NCBI GenBank assembly: GCA_027450205.1
Contig: DAIDJL010000002.1
Location: 93,758 to 157,757, forward strand
Length of the DNA: 64,000 bases
Reading direction: 5' to 3'
Source of the DNA: Candidatus Parcubacteria bacterium
GTDB taxonomy: Bacteria > Patescibacteriota > Minisyncoccia > UBA6257 > 2-01-FULL-56-20
Part shown: positions 33,866-43,582 of the stretch, piece by piece
How positions within the stretch are numbered: position 1 is the stretch's first letter
Layout of the letters: each line of letters begins with the position of its first letter
Program-made: the position numbers and the translations under genes
Notes under the pieces: model-generated
The model's database searches: none
Seen by the model: only the letters and a program-made list of their open reading frames with translations
What the model was told of the DNA's origin: nothing

Positions 33866-34402
33866 ATGCCACTGTGGATACTCGTCTCGGCCGTACTCAT
33901 CCCCCAGGAATTCGCATCCAGCGCGATCGTGTTCATTATCGCGCTCCAGAACAATTTCCCGATCTGGGCGATCAATCTTATCTGGGTATGCACAACATCG
34001 CTTGACATGTACGTGGGCTACATGCTGGGAAAATTTACCGAAGAAAAACTGAAAGGGACGCGCTTTTTCAACTGGGTGGGACGATGGGTGGGAAAAGGCC
34101 GCGCCGAACTCGGCACGCGGGGAGAAAAATTATCACTTGCACTGCTGGGAATAATCGATTTCCCCTATGTCAACACATTCATCGGCGCATGGATCGGATT
34201 GCCGTTCAACATGTCGTTCTTCCTTACGCTCGCCGGCAATTTCGTATGGTACCTCTTCCTGTGGGGTACGGTGCTCGGCCTGAAGTCGTTCATTTCCAAC
34301 CCAAACATCATCATGCTCATCCTGATCGTCGGCGCGATCCTCTCACACTTTTTATTCAGGCTCTCCAGGTCAAAAAGGGATAGCTCTCAAGAAGGGTTAT
34401 AA
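33866..34402 (+). CDS. Hypothetical membrane protein (DedA/VTT-like)
   Basis: Hydrophobic protein with a D..GY.LG pattern; a TACAAT -10 lies just upstream of the ATG. Confidence 0.6.
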   Translation: MPLWILVSAVLIPQEFASSAIVFIIALQNNFPIWAINLIWVCTTSLDMYVGYMLGKFTEEKLKGTRFFNWVGRWVGKGRAELGTRGEKLSLALLGIIDFPYVNTFIGAWIGLPFNMSFFLTLAGNFVWYLFLWGTVLGLKSFISNPNIIMLILIVGAILSHFLFRLSRSKRDSSQEGL

Positions 34403-35366
34403 AAAGCGCGAGCGCGAGCGGGCCAAGCAGCAGCCCGATCGGGCCGAAGAACGATAATCCGCCAAGCACGGCGAAAAGCATGAGCATCGGATGGATCCTT
34501 TCCCTGCCACCCAAAAGCCGCGGACGAAGATATGCCTCGATACTGACCGACATCACGAACGTCCATGCGGTAAGCCCGACCGCTCCGGCGAGATTCCCCC
34601 CGAAATAAAGCACAAGTATCCCCGGCACGACGATGAGCAGGACGCCGATCCCCGGGATGAACGAGGCGACCGCGGTGACCACGCCCCACAGGATCGCGCT
34701 CCGCAGCCCAAAGATGAAAAATCCGACCCCGGTAAGAACGCCGTAAAGGAGCGCGACCACGATCGATCCGCGGATGACGGACGCCGCCATGCCATGCAGT
34801 CGCGTAAGGATCTCTTCCGCGTGCGCCGCGGGCAGCGGCCCGCGCTCGACGATCGCCGCGCGCAGGCGCGCACCGTCCTTCAAAAAATAATAGAGTGCGA
34901 AAAACGAGAGAAGGAGCGTTACCGCGCCGGCCAGCACCCCGGAAAATATCGGGCCGATGTCCGCGATCAAAAAGCCGAGCACCTGCTGGATATACGGCGC
35001 GAGGTCAATATTGAGCGACGGCAGAAAACTGCCGAACGCCGCGCGCGTCCGCGCGATCGCCGGCATGCCGCCACCGGACGAAAGCTGGAGATACAATCCC
35101 TGCGCTTCCGCGAACATCTGCAGCCCGAAGAACACGAGCGGTACGAGAATGATGGCGACGGCGAGGATGACGATGACCGCCGCAGCCACGCCGCTTCGGT
35201 CGCGCAGCGCCTTTTTGATCCGGACATATAACGGCTGGAACAGCACCGCCACGCTCACGCCAAGCACGATTGCATTCAGCTCCGGAAGAAAAATGAGCGC
35301 CACGAGCACCGCCGCCAAAAGAAGGATGCCGATGGAAAAATACGATTCCGAACGATCGGTTGCCAT
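34356..35366 (-). CDS. AI-2E family transporter (PerM-like)
   Basis: YYFLKDG, FIPGIG, LRP and IHP...AVLGG...FG.IG.LLGP. Confidence 0.92.
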   Translation of the reverse strand: MATDRSESYFSIGILLLAAVLVALIFLPELNAIVLGVSVAVLFQPLYVRIKKALRDRSGVAAAVIVILAVAIILVPLVFFGLQMFAEAQGLYLQLSSGGGMPAIARTRAAFGSFLPSLNIDLAPYIQQVLGFLIADIGPIFSGVLAGAVTLLLSFFALYYFLKDGARLRAAIVERGPLPAAHAEEILTRLHGMAASVIRGSIVVALLYGVLTGVGFFIFGLRSAILWGVVTAVASFIPGIGVLLIVVPGILVLYFGGNLAGAVGLTAWTFVMSVSIEAYLRPRLLGGRERIHPMLMLFAVLGGLSFFGPIGLLLGPLALALFITLLESYPFLTWRA

Positions 35367-35455
35367 GGTTATATTCTATCATGCCGGTTGCGTTTTTGAT
35401 GACGGGGCATTATGGTGAAGGCAGCAGGGCAATCCCCTCGCGAAAGGAGCTGCGG

Positions 35456-35806
35456 ATGAGATTTATTCCAGGGAAAAGGTATCTCAAAATCCTCCTTTGG
35501 CGGGGGAGACGGGAATACAGCCTGTTTTTTTGGCTCAACGGAGGCGAAAGCAAGCCACACGACCACGACGTCAACGAGCGGACCTGGGTCCTCTGGGCCC
35601 GGGAGATCGGCATCTCCGAACAGCGCCAAGAGGGGAAGGATACGTATATCACAACCCTCTATCCGCGATGGACATCGTTCGCGGTCCCGGCGGGAACACG
35701 GCACGTCGTCAGGGCGCGACACTTCGCGATCACATTTAACGCATGTTCCGGCCCGCTCACCATGAGGATCCTGGACGACTTCAACCCTCCCATCCCGCCC
35801 GATTAA
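35456..35806 (+). CDS. Cupin-fold hypothetical protein
   Basis: PHDH...E and VPAGTRH motifs; AAGGAG RBS. Confidence 0.65.
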   Translation: MRFIPGKRYLKILLWRGRREYSLFFWLNGGESKPHDHDVNERTWVLWAREIGISEQRQEGKDTYITTLYPRWTSFAVPAGTRHVVRARHFAITFNACSGPLTMRILDDFNPPIPPD

Positions 35807-35877
35807 ACGATCTGTCATTTATCGCTCCCGTCCGCCTTCCGCGGGCAGGAGCGATTTTTTTCCATCCTTTAGTGAAA

Positions 35878-35920
35878 ATAAAAAACCGCCCCGCCCCTTA
35901 AGGGCGCGGCGGTTTTTTCC
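35878..35920 (-). terminator. Rho-independent terminator after the cold-shock gene
   Basis: AAAAAACCGCC...GGCGGTTTTTT. Confidence 0.7.
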
Positions 35921-35927
35921 GGTGATA

Positions 35928-36125
35928 CTATGCGCGGCTGACGTTCGTCGCGGCCGGGCCTTTCTCGCCTTCGGTAACCTCGAAAGTGACGACATCGCCA
36001 ACCTTAAGATCATCAAATGCGACACCATTCAACTCCTTGGAGTGGAAGAAGAGGTCCTTCGCTTCGCCATCGCGAGCGATGAAACCGAATCCACGGTCCG
36101 TAAGGGTCTTGATAGTTCCTTGCAT
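35928..36125 (-). CDS. Cold shock domain protein
   Basis: MQGTIK...RGFGFI...DLFFHS...KGPAATNV. Confidence 0.95.
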   Translation of the reverse strand: MQGTIKTLTDRGFGFIARDGEAKDLFFHSKELNGVAFDDLKVGDVVTFEVTEGEKGPAATNVSRA

Positions 36126-36274
36126 GATTGTAATTTGTATTGTTGCTTTTCTAGAAGTTCGACGACGTTTCTTTATTGCCTGATAATAGTACTCCACTTC
36201 GCAAAATTTGTCAAGTAGGCGAAATAATAGCGGCCCTCCCACCGGGAAAGGCCGCCATTGCCGAAAATTCAGCC

Positions 36275-36583
36275 TCACACTTCCAACCTCCACGTCACAC
36301 GGAGTGCTCTTAAAACACTCAACGCCCTTCGCGCGATCGCGGAATTTTCCTCGTGGCGAAGGTGGCAACGGACAATAAATCTCCCAGGCGTTCCCATGTG
36401 ATACTCCACCTCGTCGATAACCGCTTCAACTCTGCACCTCTCTTCCCTGGAATCAAAGACCAGGACTAGCCCAACATAGGGAGCAAATGGGAGGTTAAAC
36501 TCCCGATCCCAAGTCATGGTTCCCTGAATTTCTCCAGGGAGTACGGCATTCTTTAATGAAAGAACGACCCTCGCTAAAAACAT
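36275..36583 (-). CDS. Hypothetical protein
   Basis: AAAGGAG RBS and a 102-aa ORF. Confidence 0.55.
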   Translation of the reverse strand: MFLARVVLSLKNAVLPGEIQGTMTWDREFNLPFAPYVGLVLVFDSREERCRVEAVIDEVEYHMGTPGRFIVRCHLRHEENSAIARRALSVLRALRVTWRLEV

Positions 36584-36687
36584 ATTTCACTCCTTTCACG
36601 CAAAACATATCATAGAAATAGTCGTTGAGTCAAAATTTGCGACGGGGCCGTGAAGACAAAGAGGATCGAATCATTTACTATAATCCT

Positions 36688-37965
36688 ATGGCCAAATTCG
36701 GCAGGAAGACAAAAAAGTTGCTCAAGCTCATGGGGCCCGGCCTCATCACGGGCGCGGCGGACGACGATCCGTCCGGCATCGCCACCTATACCCAGACCGG
36801 CGCTCAATTCGGTTATGGCCAATTATGGACCGCGTTCTACCTGCTCCCCTTCATGGTGGCGATCCAGGAAGCATGCGCCCGCATCGGCGCAGTGACCGGC
36901 AAAGGCATCGCGGCGGTCGTCAAGGAAAATTACAACAAGAAAATATTGTACGGCCTCCTCGGGCTCATCCTCGTCGCGAACACGATCAATATCGGTGCGG
37001 ACCTTGGCGCGATGGGCGCGGCGGCGCACCTGATCATCCCGGTCAACTTTACGCTCCTCACGCTTTTCTTCACCGCACTCATTCTCGTGCTCGAAATATT
37101 CGTATCATACAGGACATACGCAAGGATCCTGAAGTGGCTGGCGCTCGTATTGCTTTCATATCCGATCACCGTGTTCCTGGTCCACGAGCCCTGGGGAACG
37201 ATCCTCCGCGCGACATTCTTGCCGCATATCGAATTCACGTTCGCATTCCTGTTCATCATCACCGGCGTTCTTGGAACCACCATCTCGCCATATATGTTCT
37301 TCTGGGAAGCATCGGAGGAGGTGGAAGAGGAAAGGGAAAAACATTTAATAAAAGACGGCGCGGCAAAACCGACGCGCGCGTTCATGCGCCGCCTGCGCTG
37401 GGATAACTTTCTCGGTATGCTCTCGTCCGAAGTGGCGACGTGGTGCATCATCATCGTGGCGGCCACGGTGCTCAATGCGAACGGTGTGACGAACATCGGC
37501 ACCGCCGCGGACGCGGCGCGGGCGCTCGAGCCGCTCGTCCGAAGTTTCCCGGATGCGGGCCTCATTGCAAAATGGCTCTTTGCAATAGGCGTGATCGGGC
37601 TCGGACTTCTCGCCGTGCCGGTGCTTTCCGCGTCCGCATCATATGCGCTCTCCGAAACGCTGAACTGGAAGGAGGGGCTTAATATAAAGCTAAAGCACGC
37701 GCATGGCTTTTACGGCGTGATCACGATCGCCACGATCGTCGGGCTTATGATCAACTTCATCGGGATCAATCCCATCAAAGCGCTCGTCTTCACCGCGGTG
37801 TTCAACGGCGTCGCGGCAGTACCGCTCATCTTCATCATCGCGCGCATGGCGGCCGACAAAAAGATCATGGGCGAACACAGGAGCGGCTGGCTTTCGAACA
37901 TTTTCGTCTGGGCGACATTCGTACTGATGGGCGCGGCGGCGGTCGCGATGTTCGCGACGCTGTAG
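36688..37965 (+). CDS. NRAMP family divalent metal cation transporter
   Basis: GPGLITGAADDDPSGI, GTTISPY and many TM segments. Confidence 0.9.
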   Translation: MAKFGRKTKKLLKLMGPGLITGAADDDPSGIATYTQTGAQFGYGQLWTAFYLLPFMVAIQEACARIGAVTGKGIAAVVKENYNKKILYGLLGLILVANTINIGADLGAMGAAAHLIIPVNFTLLTLFFTALILVLEIFVSYRTYARILKWLALVLLSYPITVFLVHEPWGTILRATFLPHIEFTFAFLFIITGVLGTTISPYMFFWEASEEVEEEREKHLIKDGAAKPTRAFMRRLRWDNFLGMLSSEVATWCIIIVAATVLNANGVTNIGTAADAARALEPLVRSFPDAGLIAKWLFAIGVIGLGLLAVPVLSASASYALSETLNWKEGLNIKLKHAHGFYGVITIATIVGLMINFIGINPIKALVFTAVFNGVAAVPLIFIIARMAADKKIMGEHRSGWLSNIFVWATFVLMGAAAVAMFATL

Positions 37966-38009
37966 GCAGCAACCACAGAAGGGCGCAGCACCGCTCTTTG
38001 GTCCATTTT

Positions 38010-39593
38010 TTATTTTCCGTAGACGGAATGAACTTCGATCGGCAGGTCGGTGAACCGCGCCACCATCACCGGGATCTCCGGCGCGACAATTCCCCATCGC
38101 TTCACGAACGCAGAAGCTTTTTCATAATCGCCCTCAAGCTGGATCTTCAAAAACTCTTCGCTCAACCCCATCATCGCCGCAAGGGTCTTTTGGGGGTCGA
38201 TATCGAACATCCCCTTGGCTTCGTCGTAATTCACCGCGCCGTGATGCTTCATCCAATTATATTCAATGAGCGATCCTTTGGCGTGCGCCTCGGCGTAATT
38301 GACACGCCATCCCGGCAAAAAAGCGGCGACCTCGTAAACGGCGCAACCTAAAAGCTCCTCTCGCGTCAGAAGCCCCTTCTTTTGAAAATGATCAAGCAGC
38401 GCAACCCCGAGCATATCCGCCTTTGCTTCTTCAAGCGCAGAATGCAGATCTTTCAGCAGTACCTCAAAGCCGACCTCTCTTCCATTCACCTCCCGCGTTC
38501 CGGGACCGATGCCGTGCGCGAGTTCGTGGCCAAGCACAAAGAGTAAACGATGGCGGGACTGCATTCCTTTGAATGCATCGGCGCGCAAAACCCGTTCTGC
38601 GATAGGGCGCGTTAGAGCGTTGAATTTTGCGTCCATCATTGTTTTGGAAAAGACCTTCTTTGACCCTTTTGCTTCATGGATCTTCCGATTGTTCGGTAAA
38701 TTGTATGCAACAAACTGCCTGCCAAACGCCGCTTCGCCACCGCGATACACGTCATGAACGATTTCCATCGGCGACGCGGCGCCTTTTGCCTTGTATCCAA
38801 AACGCTTTGCGAGCAGAGCGTCGAATTCCGGCAGCGCGGCGGCGAATTTTTGCAGCTCCGCACCGGCCACACGATCCGGCATGGCGATGAACGCCTCAAA
38901 TGTCGCCTTGATGCCGAATAATCCGTCGGCATAGACCTCATATGGCCCGATCGTCACTTCGAAAGGGCTGCCATCCGTATCGATCCACGCAATATCGCTT
39001 TCCCAATAATCATTGGAAAGGAACGCGTCCGCGCGAAGCAAGAGGAATTTTTTAAGGGTGCCTTCGGGCAGCAACGCCGCGGCCGCGCGGAGCTCCGCCG
39101 CCGCCGGTTCGAGAAATTCTTTATACGCCTCGCTGTACGGAACGGCGATGAGCGCGCCTTCCCTTCGCCGTATAACGGTATAGTTGCTCTCAAAGCTTTC
39201 CCGGTCTTCCGGATGCGCCGCAAGCCAGTCGTTCCATTCCGCTTCCGTAAGGTCGGCAGGATAGAATGCGCCCGCCTTCGGCTTTGCGCCGATACCCGGC
39301 ACGAACGGCCTATCCTCGTTGAAACCGTCCCACGGCCCGCCGTTCAGGTCGAAATATTTCGCGAGGACGATACCTTCTTCGTCCGCGCGTGCGGCAAGCG
39401 CCGCGCGGAGTTCCAGATTTTTCGGGTCCATCTGCGCCAGGTAAAGATCGGTCAATATCTTTGCCGCCGCGACGCAGTGATCCAATGCCGCACGCTCGCT
39501 CTCCGTAAGCGCTGAAAGGTCCGGCGCAACATCAACGAACGCGATCCTGCCAAGTGATTCTTTTAATTCCGCTTCCCAATCCCTTGAAGACAT
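38010..39593 (-). CDS. Zn peptidase, M49 / DPP III-like
   Basis: IGPYEVY, AYNLPN, GSKKV, HELAHGIGP and LEEAKAD. Confidence 0.85.
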   Translation of the reverse strand: MSSRDWEAELKESLGRIAFVDVAPDLSALTESERAALDHCVAAAKILTDLYLAQMDPKNLELRAALAARADEEGIVLAKYFDLNGGPWDGFNEDRPFVPGIGAKPKAGAFYPADLTEAEWNDWLAAHPEDRESFESNYTVIRRREGALIAVPYSEAYKEFLEPAAAELRAAAALLPEGTLKKFLLLRADAFLSNDYWESDIAWIDTDGSPFEVTIGPYEVYADGLFGIKATFEAFIAMPDRVAGAELQKFAAALPEFDALLAKRFGYKAKGAASPMEIVHDVYRGGEAAFGRQFVAYNLPNNRKIHEAKGSKKVFSKTMMDAKFNALTRPIAERVLRADAFKGMQSRHRLLFVLGHELAHGIGPGTREVNGREVGFEVLLKDLHSALEEAKADMLGVALLDHFQKKGLLTREELLGCAVYEVAAFLPGWRVNYAEAHAKGSLIEYNWMKHHGAVNYDEAKGMFDIDPQKTLAAMMGLSEEFLKIQLEGDYEKASAFVKRWGIVAPEIPVMVARFTDLPIEVHSVYGK

Positions 39594-39634
39594 ATTATTA
39601 ATATCCTATAGAAGAGTTTTCCATTAAGCTCAAC

Positions 39635-40696
39635 CTAAGGGAATAGTCCCTGCTGTGCCTTCAATCCTTCTTTCAAGGCTCGATTGATCATAAAATCAAT
39701 ATTCTCATTGGTATTGATCGCTTCAATTTTCGTATCCGGATTATGAATCCGCCAGACTCTGAAGATCTCATCTCCAAACCCTTGCCCGATTGATTTGATA
39801 TGGGCAAAATCAAGAACCACTTTTTTAAATCGCTCAAGGCCGGTCATAATACGCCGCGCCTGTGAACGAGAAATATAAAGTGTCCCCATTTTATAAAGCT
39901 TGACTGCAACCTTGGTTTTATCGAATTCATATGAGCTCGTGCTGTATTCCCCGAAAACCTTTTCAAGATCTCTATCGGAGTCCAAAGAGATGTTGAAGAT
40001 AACCTTCGTGCCCCGCCGATTTTTAATATCACGCACAAAAACATCATCGACAATATTGTTGAACGTCAATTCTTTATTCGAACTTTTAATAGTGAACGCA
40101 TCAGCAACTTTTGAAGTAAAAAATATTCCTTCTCCGGTATGATGTTCTGGATCAGTGGTTTCTTTTCCCTTTAGAAGATCCTGTATGGCCTCAAGTTCAT
40201 TCCTCAATCCACGTTTCGTCATGATGTGATGGAAAATACCGACACCAAGATCATTTATTTCGAAACGAAATTGCCCTTTATCACGGCGGACCAATAATTC
40301 GATGTCTTTTGATTGGGAGTGCTCTATCGCATTATTGAGCATTTCAGTAAAAGCGTATGCGGTAATTCTAAGGATATTGTCCGGAAGATCGATAAAAATC
40401 CCCGTGTCTCTTTTGAGAGCATCAAGTACCACATCCTCCGAGAGGCCTTCATTGTGCAAAAATCGATGGAACTGCTTTACTTTCTTTCTTGCTTTAAGAA
40501 GCGCCCCCTTTTCGGCAATAACATAGACTGCCTGATTGGCCCTCCCTAAAAGAGCGATCCTTCCCTCTTCCCTGAGCTCTTTTAGGAAGCGATGGAGATA
40601 CTGCTTGCTTATATTCAAACGCCCTTCGAGGCGTTTAGCCCGTATCTCTTTCTCGGTCTTTATAATATCCAGTATTTTCTGCTTAAGCGGGGTCAT
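39635..40696 (-). CDS. wHTH + HATPase-like + STAS-like (DUF4325-type) protein
   Basis: N-terminal HTH, EMLNNAIEHS, DLGVGI, GEGIFFTSK, ISRSQARR and LDF...GQGFGDEIFR. Confidence 0.85.
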   Translation of the reverse strand: MTPLKQKILDIIKTEKEIRAKRLEGRLNISKQYLHRFLKELREEGRIALLGRANQAVYVIAEKGALLKARKKVKQFHRFLHNEGLSEDVVLDALKRDTGIFIDLPDNILRITAYAFTEMLNNAIEHSQSKDIELLVRRDKGQFRFEINDLGVGIFHHIMTKRGLRNELEAIQDLLKGKETTDPEHHTGEGIFFTSKVADAFTIKSSNKELTFNNIVDDVFVRDIKNRRGTKVIFNISLDSDRDLEKVFGEYSTSSYEFDKTKVAVKLYKMGTLYISRSQARRIMTGLERFKKVVLDFAHIKSIGQGFGDEIFRVWRIHNPDTKIEAINTNENIDFMINRALKEGLKAQQGLFP

Positions 40697-40699
40697 ATT

Positions 40700-40752
40700 G
40701 TTTACAACTTTATCCTATATCTAAAAACAAAAGTTGTAAACTAGTTGTATAC
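40700..40752. promoter_or_regulatory. Probable operator upstream of the wHTH gene
   Basis: GTTTACAACTTT / AAAGTTGTAAAC inverted repeat plus a third half-site, AGTTGTATAC. Confidence 0.65.
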
Positions 40753-40911
40753 AAGGGCAATAGATGGGGAGTTTTCCATTCCGCCCAACTCCCAGATACC
40801 ACGGAATGACGCTGGAAGATTTATTAAGGGATTATATAAACTTTGCTATATTTAAAAACTATGTTATAATTGCCTCGTTCTCAACCGATCTTTGTAATGA
40901 GAGGAGTCAAG

Positions 40912-41433
40912 ATGCTGAAGTCAAAAGTTGGGATAGTCTTTGAGGAAAAACAGATTCTTACCCCAAGCAACATCGCAGCCTCAAAAAAACGTGCGGCAAC
41001 CAATAAGAGGGTGCGGGTCGAGCCGAAATCCGACATGGAGCTTCTGACGGATTTCTTTGTTCAGGGATCGTACCATTACGAGATCATTCCGGACATCTCC
41101 GAGGGCCATCTCACATTCGCGGCAGACATGATCGTGCTTCCACATCGCACAAAAATAATACCTTCCGGTATCAACCCTGGCGAACGAGCGCATATGATGA
41201 ATGATGAAGATTATGTCGTTCGTCTGGTTCCAATATCCGGACGGGTAAAACAAGTTAAGGTCAATGGCTCTGGAACGGTAACAAAATCCTTTTGCCGAGT
41301 ATGGGAGATATCCTCTGCCAAGGCGTGGTATCTGTACATATTTTTCGAGGTTCCGCCAAATCCCCTTGGCCCAATTGAAATCCCGGAGGATTTCAGAAAA
41401 TACCGGGAGTTAAAACTGCCCAGGGGAAGCTAG
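40912..41433 (+). CDS. Hypothetical protein
   Basis: GAGGAG RBS, upstream TGTTATAAT and a downstream hairpin with T-run at about 41455-41495. Confidence 0.65.
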   Translation: MLKSKVGIVFEEKQILTPSNIAASKKRAATNKRVRVEPKSDMELLTDFFVQGSYHYEIIPDISEGHLTFAADMIVLPHRTKIIPSGINPGERAHMMNDEDYVVRLVPISGRVKQVKVNGSGTVTKSFCRVWEISSAKAWYLYIFFEVPPNPLGPIEIPEDFRKYRELKLPRGS

Positions 41434-41621
41434 GTGCTGCAGGGATTCGGACTCTCCGCCAAGTAGCGAAATGCGAACGGCGGTTTTTTTATTTTGCGGC
41501 GGACGAACAAATAAGTTTTCCATTCCACTCAACTCCCCCTCCTTTGGCCAAATTCAGCAAACTCAAATAGCCCAATATTCATAAGGAAATCGGGCTCTTT
41601 TGATCCGGCTCTTCCGGTCAA

Positions 41622-41637
41622 GTGGAAGCGGGCGGAA
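41622..41637. repeat. 16-bp copy of the tmRNA 3' end
   Basis: GTGGAAGCGGGCGGAA is identical to 49974-49989. Confidence 0.9.
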
Positions 41638-41756
41638 GCTCACGCGCTCACTGCGTTCGCTTTTGAGAACCCGCGGTTCTCAATACTCTCCTACACGGGA
41701 GGGGCAGCCTGCCCCTCCCGACCCCACCCCTCGTTCGATTCCGTCTACATCGAGCG

Positions 41757-41829
41757 ATAGAAAATAAAACAGGCATGTTCGCCGAACGGTCCATCTTGGG
41801 GAGGCGAACATGCCTGTTTTATTTTCTAT
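41757..41829. repeat. 27-bp perfect inverted repeat abutting a GTGGA junction
   Basis: ATAGAAAATAAAACAGGCATGTTCGCC (41757-41783) and its reverse complement (41803-41829). Confidence 0.9.
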
Positions 41830-41830
41830 G

Positions 41831-42609
41831 GTGGAGCTGACCGGACTGACTGGCAAACTCTAGTAAACGAATTATATATTCAAGTGAAACTAATGGCGGT
41901 AATGTCCTAATGGCGGATGCTCCGAGATCCAAAATAGCTAGCCCTGAAAACCAGCTAACATATAAACAAGGAGCATTGCGGCGAAATATAACACTGAAAG
42001 AATGATAAAAATGATACCTGCGGTTTTAGCCACCACAGATTGGCGGCGGATCATTATGATCGATAGCAATAGGACAAGCGCGTTTATCCAAAATCCCATG
42101 GTGGCAATATATAACGGGATGGAGAATCCTGGATGAGCGGCTTTATATGTCCCATTGAGAATCGGCGGCAAGATAACCCCGGCTAAAAATACGAGCGCTG
42201 TGACAATTATTTCTCTGACGCTTGATGAAACGATTTGTGACGGCTGGGATTGTATGATTGTTTCTTTTTTCGCCGGAATAAATGCCATTACCGAACCCAC
42301 TATCATAAGGATCGGTATCCCAACATAGGAAAAGAATATGAGCATCACTCCGATCTTCTGCAAAAAAACAATCCCTGACGCGCCGCCAATCATTGCACAT
42401 ACGTCAAGAGCAAACCATAGGAAGGCAAGGCCCAACAGTCTTTTCCCAATCCTCTCCTGACTCATAGATAAATTCTAGCAAATTAAGGCGGAAATCCAAA
42501 AAGTTTTCCATTCCGCTCAACTCCCCTTCTTTTACGAAATTCGGCAAACTCAAAATAATGCAGATATATAAAGAAAATCGACCTCTTTCGGAGATCGATT
42601 TTCATTCAA
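41831..42609. mobile_element. Putative non-autonomous single-gene cassette (779 bp)
   Basis: Bounded by GTGGA cores at 41831 and 42610; contains one gene and the 108-bp arm. Confidence 0.55.
41938..42465 (-). CDS. Hypothetical membrane protein (cassette cargo)
   Basis: About five TM segments; TGCTAGAAT -10 just upstream of the ATG. Confidence 0.7.
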   Translation of the reverse strand: MSQERIGKRLLGLAFLWFALDVCAMIGGASGIVFLQKIGVMLIFFSYVGIPILMIVGSVMAFIPAKKETIIQSQPSQIVSSSVREIIVTALVFLAGVILPPILNGTYKAAHPGFSIPLYIATMGFWINALVLLLSIIMIRRQSVVAKTAGIIFIILSVLYFAAMLLVYMLAGFQG

Positions 42610-43582
42610 GTGGACATGGTTGAAAAAAGTTGGAACCGGGTGGAAAGTTGGATTTTGGAGTGGGGCGAGGCGATACAGGAAAGAAAAATGGCGAGGAATT
42701 ACTAGAGGTTCCTCGCCCCTTGGTACACATGATGGAGATTGAACCCTGTCTTATTGTAATTGGGCGAGCGCTTCATTAATCCCCTTGAGCATTTCCTCGT
42801 AGAGCTCCTTAAGATTTACGCTATCTTCCGGCCTATGTTTTGCTTCGGCCAAAAATTGCGAAACAGGAATTTGCATGTCTCGAATAATTTCCTGGCTATG
42901 CTCCTGAATGTAACGGCTTCGCCCCTTCCATTCACCAGATGCTATTTTCTTTTTTACCTCACCCCAAAGGTCTCTCATCATGGCAGCACCGCTATTATCG
43001 CCCAAATCCTCATAAAGACCTTCCGCCCATCCATAGTCCTGCGTTAATAGAGCATAATCCAAACAAATTTGAAGAGCTGGACGATAAGATTTCTCCATTG
43101 GAAATTGATCTCTGAGCGTGTTAGAACCTTTTCGAACCTGATGTCCTAAAATGCCCCCAACCTCATACAAGTCTCCCCTGCTCAGAGCGGATGATACATT
43201 TTGCATTTCAAACATAACTCCCTTGGGAAGGATTTCTTCCCCTATCCTTTGCGCTAAATTTTCTGCGCCGAGTTCTCTATAGTCCTCAATAAGCTCGGCG
43301 GCAATAGTCATCTCAAAAGCATGGCTTTCTGACGCATGTTCCACCGCTGCTTCTATTCGCTCCTTGCAATGCTTTAAACTTTCAATCAAATCATGCCTTT
43401 CGACCTCAGATAATTGCCTATCCTTGCTAGAAGATTGTTCAAAATCATTTTGGCTCATACTCCTATTGTGCCCCGCTTAAAACAAAAAGTATAGACGCAA
43501 TCGAAGGTTTTCTTTCTTAAAGGTTCTAAACTACAAACATCTGCATTCCAGCAAGATAGGTTTTATCTATCTTAAAATCGCC
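42610..43582. mobile_element. Putative non-autonomous single-gene cassette (973 bp)
   Basis: Begins with the about 135-bp arm repeated at 43583 and ends in a decayed LSR-like tail. Confidence 0.65.
42751..43458 (-). CDS. Hypothetical helical protein (cassette cargo)
   Basis: 235-aa ORF with an AGGAG RBS. Confidence 0.7.
   Translation of the reverse strand: MSQNDFEQSSSKDRQLSEVERHDLIESLKHCKERIEAAVEHASESHAFEMTIAAELIEDYRELGAENLAQRIGEEILPKGVMFEMQNVSSALSRGDLYEVGGILGHQVRKGSNTLRDQFPMEKSYRPALQICLDYALLTQDYGWAEGLYEDLGDNSGAAMMRDLWGEVKKKIASGEWKGRSRYIQEHSQEIIRDMQIPVSQFLAEAKHRPEDSVNLKELYEEMLKGINEALAQLQ

Larger units (their letters stand above)
39615..42526 (+). repeat. Dispersed motif AGTTTTCCATTCCRCYCAACTCCC, 4 copies (39615 degenerate, 40770, 41514, 42502)
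   Basis: Direct comparison. The copies at 41514 and 42502 extend as 108-bp homologous arms ending in TCAA-GTGGA. Confidence 0.85.
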
